A stretch of 64,000 bases of DNA, taken from positions 1,472,001-1,536,000 of the forward strand of contig CAVZYA010000002.1 in assembly GCA_963779415.1 (NCBI GenBank), in the 5' to 3' direction. The stretch comes from an uncultured Acidobacteriota bacterium. GTDB lineage: Bacteria; Acidobacteriota; Thermoanaerobaculia; UBA5066. Below the pieces are notes generated by a model. The model was given only the letters and a program-made list of their open reading frames with translations. It was not told the DNA's origin and did not search any database. Position numbers and translations under genes: made by a program. The stretch's first letter is position 1. Each line of letters begins with the position of its first letter. Of the stretch, positions 39,592 through 50,217 are shown one piece after another.

Positions 39592-39656
39592 CGGACGTGC
39601 ACGCGCTCGCCTCTCTGGGGTCGACTTGCGGGACCTCGCCTTCCGGGGGAGGAAGC

Positions 39657-42413
39657 ATGCATCTCAATCCACGAGGCCTTCGGGCCGGCCTCCCGATCCT
39701 TCTGGCCTGTGTCGGTCTTCTGGCCGGCTGTTCGAGCGGCACGACTCCCGTGGCCTCGACCGGCCCGGGCGACGCGCCGGCCGTCCTGAACGGAGCCACG
39801 CTGCTCGCCGACGGGGAGAGCCCCCGGCTGCTCCTTTCCGGCAGTGGAAAGATCTCGCCGACGGTCTACAGCCGCGACGGCCAGACCCGGATCGTGATCG
39901 ACATTCCCGACGTGATTCCGTCCCCCGGACTCGAGCCACCCCGCGCCGACGGAGTCGTCCTCTCGAAGGTCGAGATGAGGTCCTTCTCGGAGCTGGGCCG
40001 CCCGCATGTCCAGCTCGACCTCCAGTCCGCTCTTCCGCTCGAGGCCCGGATCGGAAACGAGCCGACCGGCTCCGCGACGGCCGTATTCCTCGAGAGGCCC
40101 GCGCCGGCCGCGGCCGCCTCCGCGGTCCCGGATCCCCCTCCGGTAGCCGTCCCCGCCTCGCCCGCCGTCGTCTCCGAGAACCGCCCCTCGTCCTCCGCCT
40201 CATCGTCTTCGCCGGCCCCGCCGGCCGTGGCCGCTTTGTCGGCTCCGCCGGCTGCCGCCGACGTGGCCCCGGTCCCGATCCGGCACGCCGCCGCGGGAAA
40301 GAGCGCCACGCGTCTTTCGGGCATCGGCCTCAAGCCGCGAGGGGACGGCGTGACGATCGTCCTCTCGGGTAACGGCGCGTTCACCTACGACACGTTCGCG
40401 CTCTCGAACCCGCCCCGGTATGTGATCGACCTGCCCGGCATCATCAACGGCGCCGGGAAGAAAACCCGGGACGTCGAGGCCGCCTCGCTCTCCCGGGTCC
40501 GTGTCTCCCAGTTCCGAGGGGGGCCGGATCCCGTCACGCGAGTCGTCTTCGATCTCTCGTCGGACGACGTCGAGCCGTCCATCGCCGCCTCGGGCGCCGG
40601 CCTCGCCGTGACCTTCCGGTCGTCCACCCGCATCGCCGCCGCCGTACCGGCACCGGCTCCGCCGCCTGTCGCTCCGGCCGCGGAACCGCCGCCCCCCGCT
40701 TCGCAGACGACGGTGTCGCCCGCGGCCGCCGCGGCTCCGGCCGCCGCCTCCTACGAGAAGCACGAGACGGAGGAGACCGCGGAGAAGATCGTTCCTCCCT
40801 CGACCGGAGCCACGACCGCGCCGGAAGTCCCGAAGCCGGCGCCCACCCCGGAGATGCCGGCGGCCTCCGCGGCGACCGTCGCGGTTTCCCCTGCGCCCCC
40901 TCCTCCTGCCAAACAGGAACCAGCCGTCGTCGCATCCGTCCCGGCCCCGGTCCCCGCCCCGGCGGCTCCCGCCCCGGCTCCCGTGAAGGTGGACGCCGCC
41001 CCGCAGCTCGTCGAGTCTTCGCCCGAGATCCGGCAGGCGAAGCCGGAAGAAGCGGCGAAACCGGCCCCGCGCCGCCCGAGGACGCCGGGCCCGGAGGACA
41101 AGGCTCTCATCGAGGCCGCCGAAGCTCTCCTGAACCAGCAGCCGGGCACATCGCAGAGCCGCGAGCTGCAGAGTTCCTTCGAGACCAAGACGCTCGGCGC
41201 CGGGGATCGCCAGTACACGGGGGACCCGATCACGCTGAACCTCAAGGACGCCGACATCAAGGACACCCTTCAGCGATTCAGCGAGCTGACGCAGCTGAAC
41301 ATCGTTCTCGACCCGGACGTGCGGGGCACGGTCACGGTCAGCCTGACGGACATCCCATGGGACCAGGCGCTCGAGCTGATCCTCCGGATCAACCAGCTCG
41401 GCTACGTCATCGAGGGGAACGTGATGAGGATCGCCTCCACGGCCAAGCTGGCCCAGGAGGAGACGTCTCGCCTCCAGTTCCTCCGCGCGCAGGATCAGAA
41501 CCGCCCGCTCAAGACGGTTCTGCAGCGCGTCTCGTACGCCGACGCGGCCGGCATCGCCGCCACGGCGAAGAAGATCATGTCCTCGCGCGGCGACATCCTC
41601 GTCGACGCACGGACCCAGACCCTCATCATCAAGGAGCTGCCGGATTATCTCCCGACGGTCCTCGACCTGATCAAGAACCTCGACATCCCGAATCTGCAGG
41701 TCATGATCGAGGCCCGGATCATCGAGGCGACGCGGACCTTCTCGCAGGAGCTCGGGATCATCTGGGGCTTCAACGCGACCGCGAGCGGCGCGACGGGCAA
41801 CACGACCGGGCTCACGTTCCCGAACAACGGCTCCATCACCGGCCTGGTGAACCTCCCGAGCGGCGCGCCGGCGGTCCTCAACATCGCGGCGGGAAACGTC
41901 CTCGACACCTTCCATCTCGACGCCGAGATCCACGCAGCCGAGTCCCGCGGCCTCGTGAAGGTCGTCTCGACGCCGAAGGTCCAGACGCAGACGGGAGAAC
42001 AGGCCTCGATCCAGTCCGGCTACCAGATCCCGGTCCAGACGACCGTCAACAACACGACGACGGTCCTCTACATCAACGCGACGCTCCGCCTCGACGTGAC
42101 GCCGAACATCACGACCGAGGGGACGATCACGATGGACATCCAGATCCAGAAGCGCGAGCCGGCCGTCGGCATCAACATCGCCGGCGGCGGGAACATCCCG
42201 CTCACGACGCGCGACGCCAAGACGCGGCTCATGGTGAAGGACGGCGGGACGGCCGTGATCGGCGGCATTTTCAAGCTGACGTCGAACGACGGCCAGTCGA
42301 TGATCCCGGGCCTCTGGAAGATTCCGATCATCGGGAACCTGTTCCGTGACCGTTCGATCGAAGAAGATACCGACGAGCTGATGATCTTCATCACGCCGCG
42401 GATCATCCGGTGA
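39657..42413 (+). CDS. pilQ: Type IV pilus secretin PilQ (lipoprotein signal, AMIN domains, long Pro/Ala linker)
   Basis: LLAGC lipobox; AMIN-like LSNPPRYVIDL..RVRVSQF..TRVVFDL; YTGDPITLNLKDADI, PWDQAL, QVMIEARIIE, VKDGGTAVIGG, ELMIFITPRI. Confidence 0.95.
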   Translation: MHLNPRGLRAGLPILLACVGLLAGCSSGTTPVASTGPGDAPAVLNGATLLADGESPRLLLSGSGKISPTVYSRDGQTRIVIDIPDVIPSPGLEPPRADGVVLSKVEMRSFSELGRPHVQLDLQSALPLEARIGNEPTGSATAVFLERPAPAAAASAVPDPPPVAVPASPAVVSENRPSSSASSSSPAPPAVAALSAPPAAADVAPVPIRHAAAGKSATRLSGIGLKPRGDGVTIVLSGNGAFTYDTFALSNPPRYVIDLPGIINGAGKKTRDVEAASLSRVRVSQFRGGPDPVTRVVFDLSSDDVEPSIAASGAGLAVTFRSSTRIAAAVPAPAPPPVAPAAEPPPPASQTTVSPAAAAAPAAASYEKHETEETAEKIVPPSTGATTAPEVPKPAPTPEMPAASAATVAVSPAPPPPAKQEPAVVASVPAPVPAPAAPAPAPVKVDAAPQLVESSPEIRQAKPEEAAKPAPRRPRTPGPEDKALIEAAEALLNQQPGTSQSRELQSSFETKTLGAGDRQYTGDPITLNLKDADIKDTLQRFSELTQLNIVLDPDVRGTVTVSLTDIPWDQALELILRINQLGYVIEGNVMRIASTAKLAQEETSRLQFLRAQDQNRPLKTVLQRVSYADAAGIAATAKKIMSSRGDILVDARTQTLIIKELPDYLPTVLDLIKNLDIPNLQVMIEARIIEATRTFSQELGIIWGFNATASGATGNTTGLTFPNNGSITGLVNLPSGAPAVLNIAAGNVLDTFHLDAEIHAAESRGLVKVVSTPKVQTQTGEQASIQSGYQIPVQTTVNNTTTVLYINATLRLDVTPNITTEGTITMDIQIQKREPAVGINIAGGGNIPLTTRDAKTRLMVKDGGTAVIGGIFKLTSNDGQSMIPGLWKIPIIGNLFRDRSIEEDTDELMIFITPRIIR

Positions 42414-42426
42414 AGAGGTGAGGAGC

Positions 42427-43018
42427 ATGAAGACGCCGCTCCGTTTCGTCGCGATCCTCATCGCGGTCGGCCGTCGCCGGGACCGGCTGCTCGGGGAACA
42501 CCCAGGGGGACAGCACGTCCCCCGTCTACCTGACCTGCGACTTCACCCTCCGTCCGGCCGTGAAGTCCGTGAACGACGGTCTCCCCCTCCAGTTCCAGAA
42601 CGTCACGCTCACGAGCAAGCTGAAGATCCCCACGACGACGTCTCCCACGGCGTTCCTCGACACGCAGGTGGACACCTACGTGGTCGTCTGGACCCGGATC
42701 GACGGCGGGAAGACGGCCTCGCCGAGCCAGACTTTCACCCCCGGCGTCATCGTCCCGGCGGCCGGAATTTCGACGCTCCAGAATTACATCTTCATGACTC
42801 CGGTGGAGCTCCAGCAGCCGCCCCTGAGCTTCCTCTTCCCGTACAACGGCGGCATCGACCCGGAAACCCACTCGACCGAGATCCGGCAGAGCGGCACCGT
42901 GACGTTCTACGGTCACACGATGTCGGGCCAGCCGGTGACCTCGGTGCCCGCCGCCTTCGACATGGTGTTCCTCTACTCGGCGTCCGCGGGCCGCATTCAA
43001 GCGGCCCCGGCGCGGTGA
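42427..43018 (+). CDS. Hypothetical beta-rich lipoprotein, +1 frameshift near 42469
   Basis: GGAG RBS then MKTPLRFVAILIAV/AVAGTGCSGNTQG after correcting one base; continues into ORF 42560..43018. Confidence 0.7.
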
Positions 43019-43099
43019 GGCCGGCACACCACGCATATGAGACGTCCCGAGCCCCCTCCGACGGTCGCCCCCGGGCTCCTGAAGGCTGAGGTGAAGACC

Positions 43100-46015
43100 A
43101 TGCACCGACTTCCCACGTTCCCCGCCGCGGCCGTGGCCGGACTGGCGCTCTTCCTCGTCGCCTGCTCGGGCGAGACGCCAACATCGCCCAAGCCGGTGGC
43201 TACGCCGGGCAGCGGCACCTGCACGACCGTGATCGCCCTTCCCGCCGGACCGATCACCACGTACGCCGGAACGGCGATCAGCCTTCGAGCCCTGGTGACT
43301 ATCGGGGGCGTGGCCGTGCCGGACAACTCGTCGGTGAGCTTTACGACCACACTCGGCTTTTTCAACGAGAACGGCCTGCCCACGATCTCCAAGACGACGA
43401 TCAGCGGCGATGCGGACGTCTCGCCGGGCTCGCTCGTGTCCGGCACGGCGACGGTTCGCGCCGCTTTCGGCTGCGCGAGCGCCTCCGTCCAGATCGTCTT
43501 CCAGGCGCCCCCGGACAGCGGGCCGTACATTTCCCTCATCCAGCCGAACAGCGGGACGTCGGCGGGCGGCGACACCGTCGTCATCTCCGGAGGCCGTTTC
43601 GGCACTAGCGCCTCCGTCAGCAGCGTGACGTTCGGAGGGGCCCCGGTGGCGCCCTCCTCGGTCGTGGACACGAGCATCACGGTCCGGACACCCCCCCGGA
43701 CGCTCGCGAATCCGCAGGTTCCCGAGACCGTAGACGTCTGCGTCCGCTACTACTCGGGTCTGGCGTCCATCTGCGCGACGAAGTTCGGCCTGCCCGGCTT
43801 CACGTACTACGCGATCGATCCGACCAAGAAGATGACGCTGTCGAGCCTGTCGCCGACGTCCGGCTCTCCGAACGGGAACGAAACCGTGACGATTCTCGGC
43901 AACAACTTCGGGTCGAGCATCGCGACGGCGAAGGTCACGTTCTGCGGCCTCCCGGCGTCGATCCTCTCGATGGGCGACAACGCGATCGGAGTCTCGACAC
44001 CGCGGAAGGTCCTCGCGAACCCGGCCGTCTCCGAAACGTGCGACGTCGTCGTGACGATCGATCTCGGGAAGGTCTCGACGCAATCGCAGGTCCTGCCCCA
44101 GGCGTTCACCTACCGCGGGAGCGGGGGAGCCGGCACCTGCGGGACGGATCCGAGCATCTTCATCTCGTCGATCTCGCCGAACACGGGTCCGCCCGAGGGC
44201 GGCACGACCGTCACGATCGCCGGCGGAGGCTTCCCGACCAACGTGGCTTCCGCGAGCGTCACCTTCGGCGGCACGGCCGCCCAGATCCTGAACTCCGGCG
44301 CGAACTCGATCGGCGTCGTGACCCCGCGGCACACGCTCGCGGATCCGCTGATCCCGGAGACCGTGGACATCGTCGTCACCGACCTCGGAAGCCCGAACGG
44401 ACGCTGTGCGCGTTTGACGGCAGGCTTCACCTACACGCAGCAGGCGCTGACGCCGACGATCTACTCGATCTCCCCGACGACCGGCCCGAACGACTCGCCG
44501 ACCCGCGTGACGATCTTCGGAACCGGCTTCCAGTTCCCCGAGCAGGTCTTCCTGACGGGCGGGGCGTGCGGCGCCACGAAGATCGAGGCCCCGGTCATCT
44601 CGGCGATAACGCTCAACCAGATCGGCTTCCAGACGCCGGTCGCGGCGGGCGGCTACGCCTGCCTCGCCGGCTCGCAGGTCGACGTCCAGGTGCTCAACCC
44701 GAACACGGGCAAGACCGCGAGCTGCCCGGGCTGCTTCAAGTTCTACGCGTGCCCGACCGGCACGACGGCGTCGCCGTCGGTCGTCGGGACGAACGGGGGG
44801 ACGGTCATCGTCAACGGCAACAACTTCCAGGCGCCCGTGGTCGCCACCTTCGTGGCATCGGGGCTGCCGGCATACCCGCTGACGGTCACCTCCGTCTCGT
44901 CCACGTCGGTCGTCCTTCAGATGCCGCCGTACGCCTCCATCGTGCCGGGCTCCGCGTCCTGCCTTTCGATCGCCGGCTCGATCAACATCACCTCGACCGG
45001 TCTTTCCTGCTCCGCTCCGGCCCAGGTGCAGATGACCTATCGCCCCGATGTGCCGACGGTAACTTCCGCGTCGCCGACGACCCTGAGCCAGGACGGAGGC
45101 GGGGCGACGATCACGGTGAACGGCTCGGGATGGGTTGCCGGCGACACGCTGAGCGTTTCGCTGATCTCCGGCGGCGGTGTGGTATCCGGAACGACGAGGA
45201 GCGCGACGGTCACGGGCGCGGGCGCCCTGACGTTCACGGCTCCGGCGGTCCCGGACGCGGCGTTCAACCGCGTCAACTGCGCGACGGTCTCCGGCGGGCC
45301 GATAGACGGCACGCAGGCCGTGCCGACGCAGTTCGGCATCCGGGTCACGAACCTGAAGAGCGGATGCTCGGGCGACCTCCAGGGAGTCCTGCTCTACAGC
45401 CCGCGGGCCGCGATCGCTGTCTGCACCGCGTCGCTTCAGATCACGACGGCGAGTCTGAATGCCGCGACGCTCTGTTCCGCCTACAGCAGCGGGATCACCG
45501 TGACCGGGGGGACGACCCCGTACATCTATTCACTCTCGGGAGCTCCCGCCTGGCTCACGATCAACCCCTCGACGGGAGTGCTGAGCGGAACCCCGAACAT
45601 TCTCCAGCCGCCCGCTATCGGCGGCGCCTATTCGACGCCCTCCTTCATCGTGGGGGTGACCGACGCCGCCTCGGCGAACGTCACGCGGGCGCTCTCGCTC
45701 ATCGTGAACGATCCGGACGGCCCGTTCTCGATCTCGGGAGCCTCGTCGGTCACGATCCCGGCTGGAGGCGGCTCGATTCCGCTCGCGGCTCTCCCGGCGA
45801 CGGGGTTCGCCCCGTACAACTGGTCATTCACCAGCCCGCCCTCGGATCCGGGAATCACGCTCTCGGCGGCGACGGGGGCCAGCATCAACGTCGACGTCGC
45901 GGGCTCGGTCCCGGCAGGGTCGTACAGCATTTCGGTCAAGGCGACGGACTCGCCCTCCTGCGGCGGGGCGACCCACACCTTCACTTTGGCGATCTCGGTG
46001 ACGAAATCGCCCTAG
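43100..46015 (+). CDS. Large Cys/Ser/Thr-rich lipoprotein with Ig-like and multiple IPT/TIG domains
   Basis: FLVAC lipobox; repeats ISLIQPNSG..GGDTVVISG, LSSLSPTSG..GNETVTILG.NF, ISSISPNTG..GGTTVTIAG, IYSISPTTG; He_PIG-like PAWLTINPSTGVLSGTP. Confidence 0.85.
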   Translation: MHRLPTFPAAAVAGLALFLVACSGETPTSPKPVATPGSGTCTTVIALPAGPITTYAGTAISLRALVTIGGVAVPDNSSVSFTTTLGFFNENGLPTISKTTISGDADVSPGSLVSGTATVRAAFGCASASVQIVFQAPPDSGPYISLIQPNSGTSAGGDTVVISGGRFGTSASVSSVTFGGAPVAPSSVVDTSITVRTPPRTLANPQVPETVDVCVRYYSGLASICATKFGLPGFTYYAIDPTKKMTLSSLSPTSGSPNGNETVTILGNNFGSSIATAKVTFCGLPASILSMGDNAIGVSTPRKVLANPAVSETCDVVVTIDLGKVSTQSQVLPQAFTYRGSGGAGTCGTDPSIFISSISPNTGPPEGGTTVTIAGGGFPTNVASASVTFGGTAAQILNSGANSIGVVTPRHTLADPLIPETVDIVVTDLGSPNGRCARLTAGFTYTQQALTPTIYSISPTTGPNDSPTRVTIFGTGFQFPEQVFLTGGACGATKIEAPVISAITLNQIGFQTPVAAGGYACLAGSQVDVQVLNPNTGKTASCPGCFKFYACPTGTTASPSVVGTNGGTVIVNGNNFQAPVVATFVASGLPAYPLTVTSVSSTSVVLQMPPYASIVPGSASCLSIAGSINITSTGLSCSAPAQVQMTYRPDVPTVTSASPTTLSQDGGGATITVNGSGWVAGDTLSVSLISGGGVVSGTTRSATVTGAGALTFTAPAVPDAAFNRVNCATVSGGPIDGTQAVPTQFGIRVTNLKSGCSGDLQGVLLYSPRAAIAVCTASLQITTASLNAATLCSAYSSGITVTGGTTPYIYSLSGAPAWLTINPSTGVLSGTPNILQPPAIGGAYSTPSFIVGVTDAASANVTRALSLIVNDPDGPFSISGASSVTIPAGGGSIPLAALPATGFAPYNWSFTSPPSDPGITLSAATGASINVDVAGSVPAGSYSISVKATDSPSCGGATHTFTLAISVTKSP

Positions 46016-46038
46016 CGAGGCTCGACACGGAGAATCCC

Positions 46039-46073
46039 CTCGGGCCGCCCCGGCGGGGCGGCCCGAGCTTTCT
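46039..46073 (+). terminator. Intrinsic terminator closing the pil/lipoprotein operon
   Basis: CTCGGGCCGCCCC-GGC-GGGGCGGCCCGAG 13-bp stem followed by CTTTCT. Confidence 0.75.
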
Positions 46074-46103
46074 GGCCCTGTTGACCTAGACTCCGAGGCT
46101 CGA

Positions 46104-47765
46104 ATGGCCCTGTTCGGAAGCACGCCGGCGCCGACTTCGCGGCTCGAAGAGCTGAAGAGGGTTCTTCAGCGCGATCCGACGTCGCGCCAGTTCCTCGCCC
46201 TCGCGGAGGAGTACCGCAAGCATGGGAAGGTGCGCGACGCGATCGTCACCATCGAGCGGGGCCTCTCCATCCACACGAGCTCCGTCGCGGCATACGTCTC
46301 GCTCGGAAAGGCTTACCAGCAGATCGAGCGCTGGGAGGAAGCCATCCGTGCCTATCAGAACGCTCTTCGGTACGACCGGGAGAACCTCGTCGCGATCCGG
46401 CAGCTCGCGGACGTTCATCTCTCGAGGGGAGAGAAGCTCGAAGCGCTGAAGAAGCTCAAGCTCTACCAGGGACTCAAGCCCGGCGAAAAGGACGTGCAGG
46501 AGGCGATCGAGCGACTCCAGGGCGAACTCGAGCCGGGGCAGGCGCGGGCCTTTCCGACATCGGGAATCCGCTCTCTCCGGACGGAGCGTCCCGCTGCGGC
46601 GGCTCCGGCCGCTGCGACGGCCCCTGCGGTGCACGAGCCGCTCCCCGTGGAGCGCCCTCCTTTGCCCGATAGCACCGCTCCGTTCGACGTGCCGGCGGCG
46701 CCGGCCTGGAACCAGGAGCCGGACGTTTTTTCCGTCGAAGCCCCGACCTTGCCGACGCGCGTGCCATCGACGCCGGAAGTCCCCGCGTTCGTGGAGACGG
46801 AACTGTCGGCGCCCGAACCCGGTCCGGCGGCGCCGGTCGGAACCCGCCCGGAGGCGCCACGCTCGCCGCGAGAGGAGATCCCGCTGGTGGAGCGCGTTCT
46901 GCGGGACGTGCGTCACGGCCTGCCGCGCCGGGAATTGAGCGAGTCTACGGCGCCGCTCGAGATCCCCGGCCCGGAAACGCTTCTTCCGACTCCCGACTTC
47001 GCGGCGCTCGATCTGGACCCGTCTGCGGCCGCCGCGACGGCAGCAGCGGTATCGACCGCACCGGAGGCCGCGGCAGCCGAGGCCCCGTCCGTCGAGGCCC
47101 TGGTGTTCGAGGTGCCCGCGCCCGAAGAGAACCCGGCGCCGGAGGATTCCGGGACCGCGAGCGAGTCGCCGACCGCGCCGCTCGTCACCGAGACGCTCGC
47201 CGAGCTCTATCGCTCGCAGGGTTACCTCGCCGAGGCGCGCGAAGTCTATCTTTCCCTCGCGGCGTCCGCGGAGGATCCGCGGGCGGCCGTGGCCTTCTCC
47301 GAAAAAGCCGAAGCGCTTCGCGAGTCGGGACGACACGTCGCCGTGCGGAAGCGGCTGGAAGGCCTTCTGGCCCCCTTCGAGCCGGCGCCTCCTCTCGCGA
47401 ACGAGGACCTCTCGGCGCTCCTCCGCGGTCTCGTCGCGGCGGTTCCGGGCCTTCGGAGCGCCGCCCTCACCGACCGGGAAGGGCTGGCGGTCCTGACCGA
47501 GGGGCTGCGAGAGGAAGGGGAGACCCTGGAGGCGCTTCTCGCGGAGCTCACCTCCTTCGTGAAGAACGTCGGGCGAAGCGGTGCCGAAATCGGCGCCGGA
47601 CCCCTCCGGTCTCTCGCACTGGTCGGCGAGAAGGGGGCCGCGGTCCTCGCAAACGTGAATGCGGACTATGCCCTCGTCCTCGAGTCGGGCCCGGAAGCCG
47701 CTCTCGGCGAGGTGCGCTGGGCCGCCGCGAGCGCCGCCGAGCGGCTGCGGCCGGCCGTCGGGTAA
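46104..47765 (+). CDS. TPR protein with acidic/Pro-rich linker and C-terminal roadblock/LC7 domain
   Basis: N-terminal TPRs (FLALAEEYRKHG.., AYVSLGKAY..), TETLAELYRSQG helix pair, C-terminal LRGLVAAVPGLRSAALTDREGLAV..LGEVRW roadblock pattern. Confidence 0.75.
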   Translation: MALFGSTPAPTSRLEELKRVLQRDPTSRQFLALAEEYRKHGKVRDAIVTIERGLSIHTSSVAAYVSLGKAYQQIERWEEAIRAYQNALRYDRENLVAIRQLADVHLSRGEKLEALKKLKLYQGLKPGEKDVQEAIERLQGELEPGQARAFPTSGIRSLRTERPAAAAPAAATAPAVHEPLPVERPPLPDSTAPFDVPAAPAWNQEPDVFSVEAPTLPTRVPSTPEVPAFVETELSAPEPGPAAPVGTRPEAPRSPREEIPLVERVLRDVRHGLPRRELSESTAPLEIPGPETLLPTPDFAALDLDPSAAAATAAAVSTAPEAAAAEAPSVEALVFEVPAPEENPAPEDSGTASESPTAPLVTETLAELYRSQGYLAEAREVYLSLAASAEDPRAAVAFSEKAEALRESGRHVAVRKRLEGLLAPFEPAPPLANEDLSALLRGLVAAVPGLRSAALTDREGLAVLTEGLREEGETLEALLAELTSFVKNVGRSGAEIGAGPLRSLALVGEKGAAVLANVNADYALVLESGPEAALGEVRWAAASAAERLRPAVG

Positions 47766-47777
47766 GAAAGGGAGCCG

Positions 47778-48283
<506 letters not shown>

Positions 48284-48308
48284 GGCGGGGCAGGGCGGGT
48301 CCGGGCGC

Positions 48309-49679
48309 ATGTTCCGCAAGGTCCTCATCGCGAACCGGGGGGAGATCGCCCTGCGGGTCATCGCGGCCTGCAAAGAGCTCGGTGTCGCCACGGTCGCCGT
48401 CCACTCGGAGCCCGACCGCGACGCTCTCCACGTCCAGGTGGCGGACGAGTCGGTCTGTATCGGCCCGGCCGCGCCGGCCGGCTCGTACCTCAACATCGCG
48501 TCGATCGTCGCGGCCGCCGAAATCACGGGCGCCGACGCCGTCCATCCCGGCTACGGCTTTCTCGCCGAGAACGCCCACTTCGCGGAGATCCTGACGGATG
48601 TCGGGCTCGCGTGGATCGGCCCGTCGCCCCACGCGATCCGCGCGATGGGGGACAAGTCCGTCGCCAAGGAGACGGTCGCGCGCGTCGGCGTCCCCACGAT
48701 TCCGGGGAGCGCCGGTCCCCTCGCGTCGGTCGAGGACGCGCTGACGCTCGCGGGACGCATCGGGTATCCCATCCTCCTGAAGGCCGTGGCCGGGGGCGGC
48801 GGCCGGGGGATGCGGCTCGCCGGAAACGACCGGGAGCTTGCCGCGGCGTTCGACCTCGCGACGGCCGAGGCCGAGCGGGCGTTCGGAAACGGCGCCGTCT
48901 ACCTCGAGAAGTACCTTTCCGAGCCGAGACACATCGAGATCCAGATCTTCGGCGACCGGACGGGAAAGGTGGTCCACCTCGGCGAGAGGGAATGTTCGCT
49001 GCAGCGCCGGCACCAGAAGATCCTCGAGGAGGCGCCGTCGATGGCGATGACGCCGGATCTCCGCCGCCGGATGGGCGAGGCCGCGGTTGCGGCCGGGAAG
49101 GCGGTCTCCTATACAGGGGCCGGGACCGTGGAGTTCCTGCTCGATCCGGACGGCTCCTTCTACTTCATGGAGATGAACACCCGGATCCAGGTCGAGCATC
49201 CCGTGACGGAGATGGTGACGGGGTTCGATCTCGTGAAGGAGCAGATCCTGGTCGCCGCGGGCGAGCCCCTCTCCTTCGGCGAGCCGCACAACGGCGACGG
49301 TTTTTCGCACCGCGGGCATGCGATCGAGTTCCGCGTGAACGCCGAGGATCCGGCCACGTTCGCGCCGTCGCCCGGAATCCTCACGACGATTCACCTGCCG
49401 GGAGGTCCCGGCGTCCGCGTCGACACGGCCGCGTATGCGGGCTGGATGATCCCCCCGCACTACGACTCGCTGATCGCCAAGCTCATCGTCCACGGACGGG
49501 ACCGCGAGGAGGCGATCATGCGAGGCCGGCGCGCGCTGGAGCTGTTCATCGTGGAAGGGGTGAAGACCACGATCCCCCTGCATCGCCACCTTCTCGACGA
49601 TCCGGATTTCCGTGCCGGCAAGTTCTCCACGAAGTGGCTGGAGCGCTGGCTCGAACGCCGACGGGAGGAGGGGTCCTGA
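48309..49679 (+). CDS. accC: Acetyl-CoA carboxylase biotin carboxylase subunit
   Basis: [60 protein letters not shown]. Confidence 0.97.
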   Translation: MFRKVLIANRGEIALRVIAACKELGVATVAVHSEPDRDALHVQVADESVCIGPAAPAGSYLNIASIVAAAEITGADAVHPGYGFLAENAHFAEILTDVGLAWIGPSPHAIRAMGDKSVAKETVARVGVPTIPGSAGPLASVEDALTLAGRIGYPILLKAVAGGGGRGMRLAGNDRELAAAFDLATAEAERAFGNGAVYLEKYLSEPRHIEIQIFGDRTGKVVHLGERECSLQRRHQKILEEAPSMAMTPDLRRRMGEAAVAAGKAVSYTGAGTVEFLLDPDGSFYFMEMNTRIQVEHPVTEMVTGFDLVKEQILVAAGEPLSFGEPHNGDGFSHRGHAIEFRVNAEDPATFAPSPGILTTIHLPGGPGVRVDTAAYAGWMIPPHYDSLIAKLIVHGRDREEAIMRGRRALELFIVEGVKTTIPLHRHLLDDPDFRAGKFSTKWLERWLERRREEGS

Positions 49680-50215
49680 CCGACCGGAATGCCCGCGTCT
49701 ATCTCGTGGGCTTCATGGGGAGCGGGAAGTCGACCGTGGGGCGGCGTCTCGCCGACCGCCTCGGCATTCCCTTCGTCGATCTGGACGAAGTCTTCGAGGC
49801 GATGGCGGGCGAGACGATCCGGACGACCTTCGAGACGCGCGGCGAGGCGTGGTTTCGCGCCCGGGAGGCCGAGCTGCTGCGCGGGACGGCGGATCTGCCG
49901 GCGGCGGTCGTGGCGCTGGGGGGAGGGACGTTCATCTTTCCCGAGAACGCCGCTTTCGTCAGGAAGCACGGCATCCCGGTCTTTCTCGACGTCTCCTTCG
50001 AGGATCTCGCGGCGCGCCTTCAGGGAAAGGCGGCCGACCGTCCGCTCTTCCGGTCGATGGAGGAGGCGCATCAGCTCTTCGAAGCGCGGAGACCCTTCTA
50101 TAGAATGGCGGACTTGACGATTCCGGTGGGGCGGGAGACGACCGTAGACGACATCGTCGGTCAGATCGCATCGGCGCTCGGGGACGCCGGCAACCGGCCG
50201 GGCGGGAGCCGCTGA
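49676..50215 (+). CDS. aroK: Shikimate kinase (start apparently CTG overlapping the accC stop)
   Basis: [42 protein letters not shown]. Confidence 0.92.
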   Translation: MTDRNARVYLVGFMGSGKSTVGRRLADRLGIPFVDLDEVFEAMAGETIRTTFETRGEAWFRAREAELLRGTADLPAAVVALGGGTFIFPENAAFVRKHGIPVFLDVSFEDLAARLQGKAADRPLFRSMEEAHQLFEARRPFYRMADLTIPVGRETTVDDIVGQIASALGDAGNRPGGSR

Positions 50216-50217
50216 CG

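Noticed and set aside
40080-41100. Repetitive GCC/CCG-rich DNA as a tandem repeat or array
   Set aside because: It encodes the Pro/Ala linkers of PilQ; no fixed-period repeat or spacer structure
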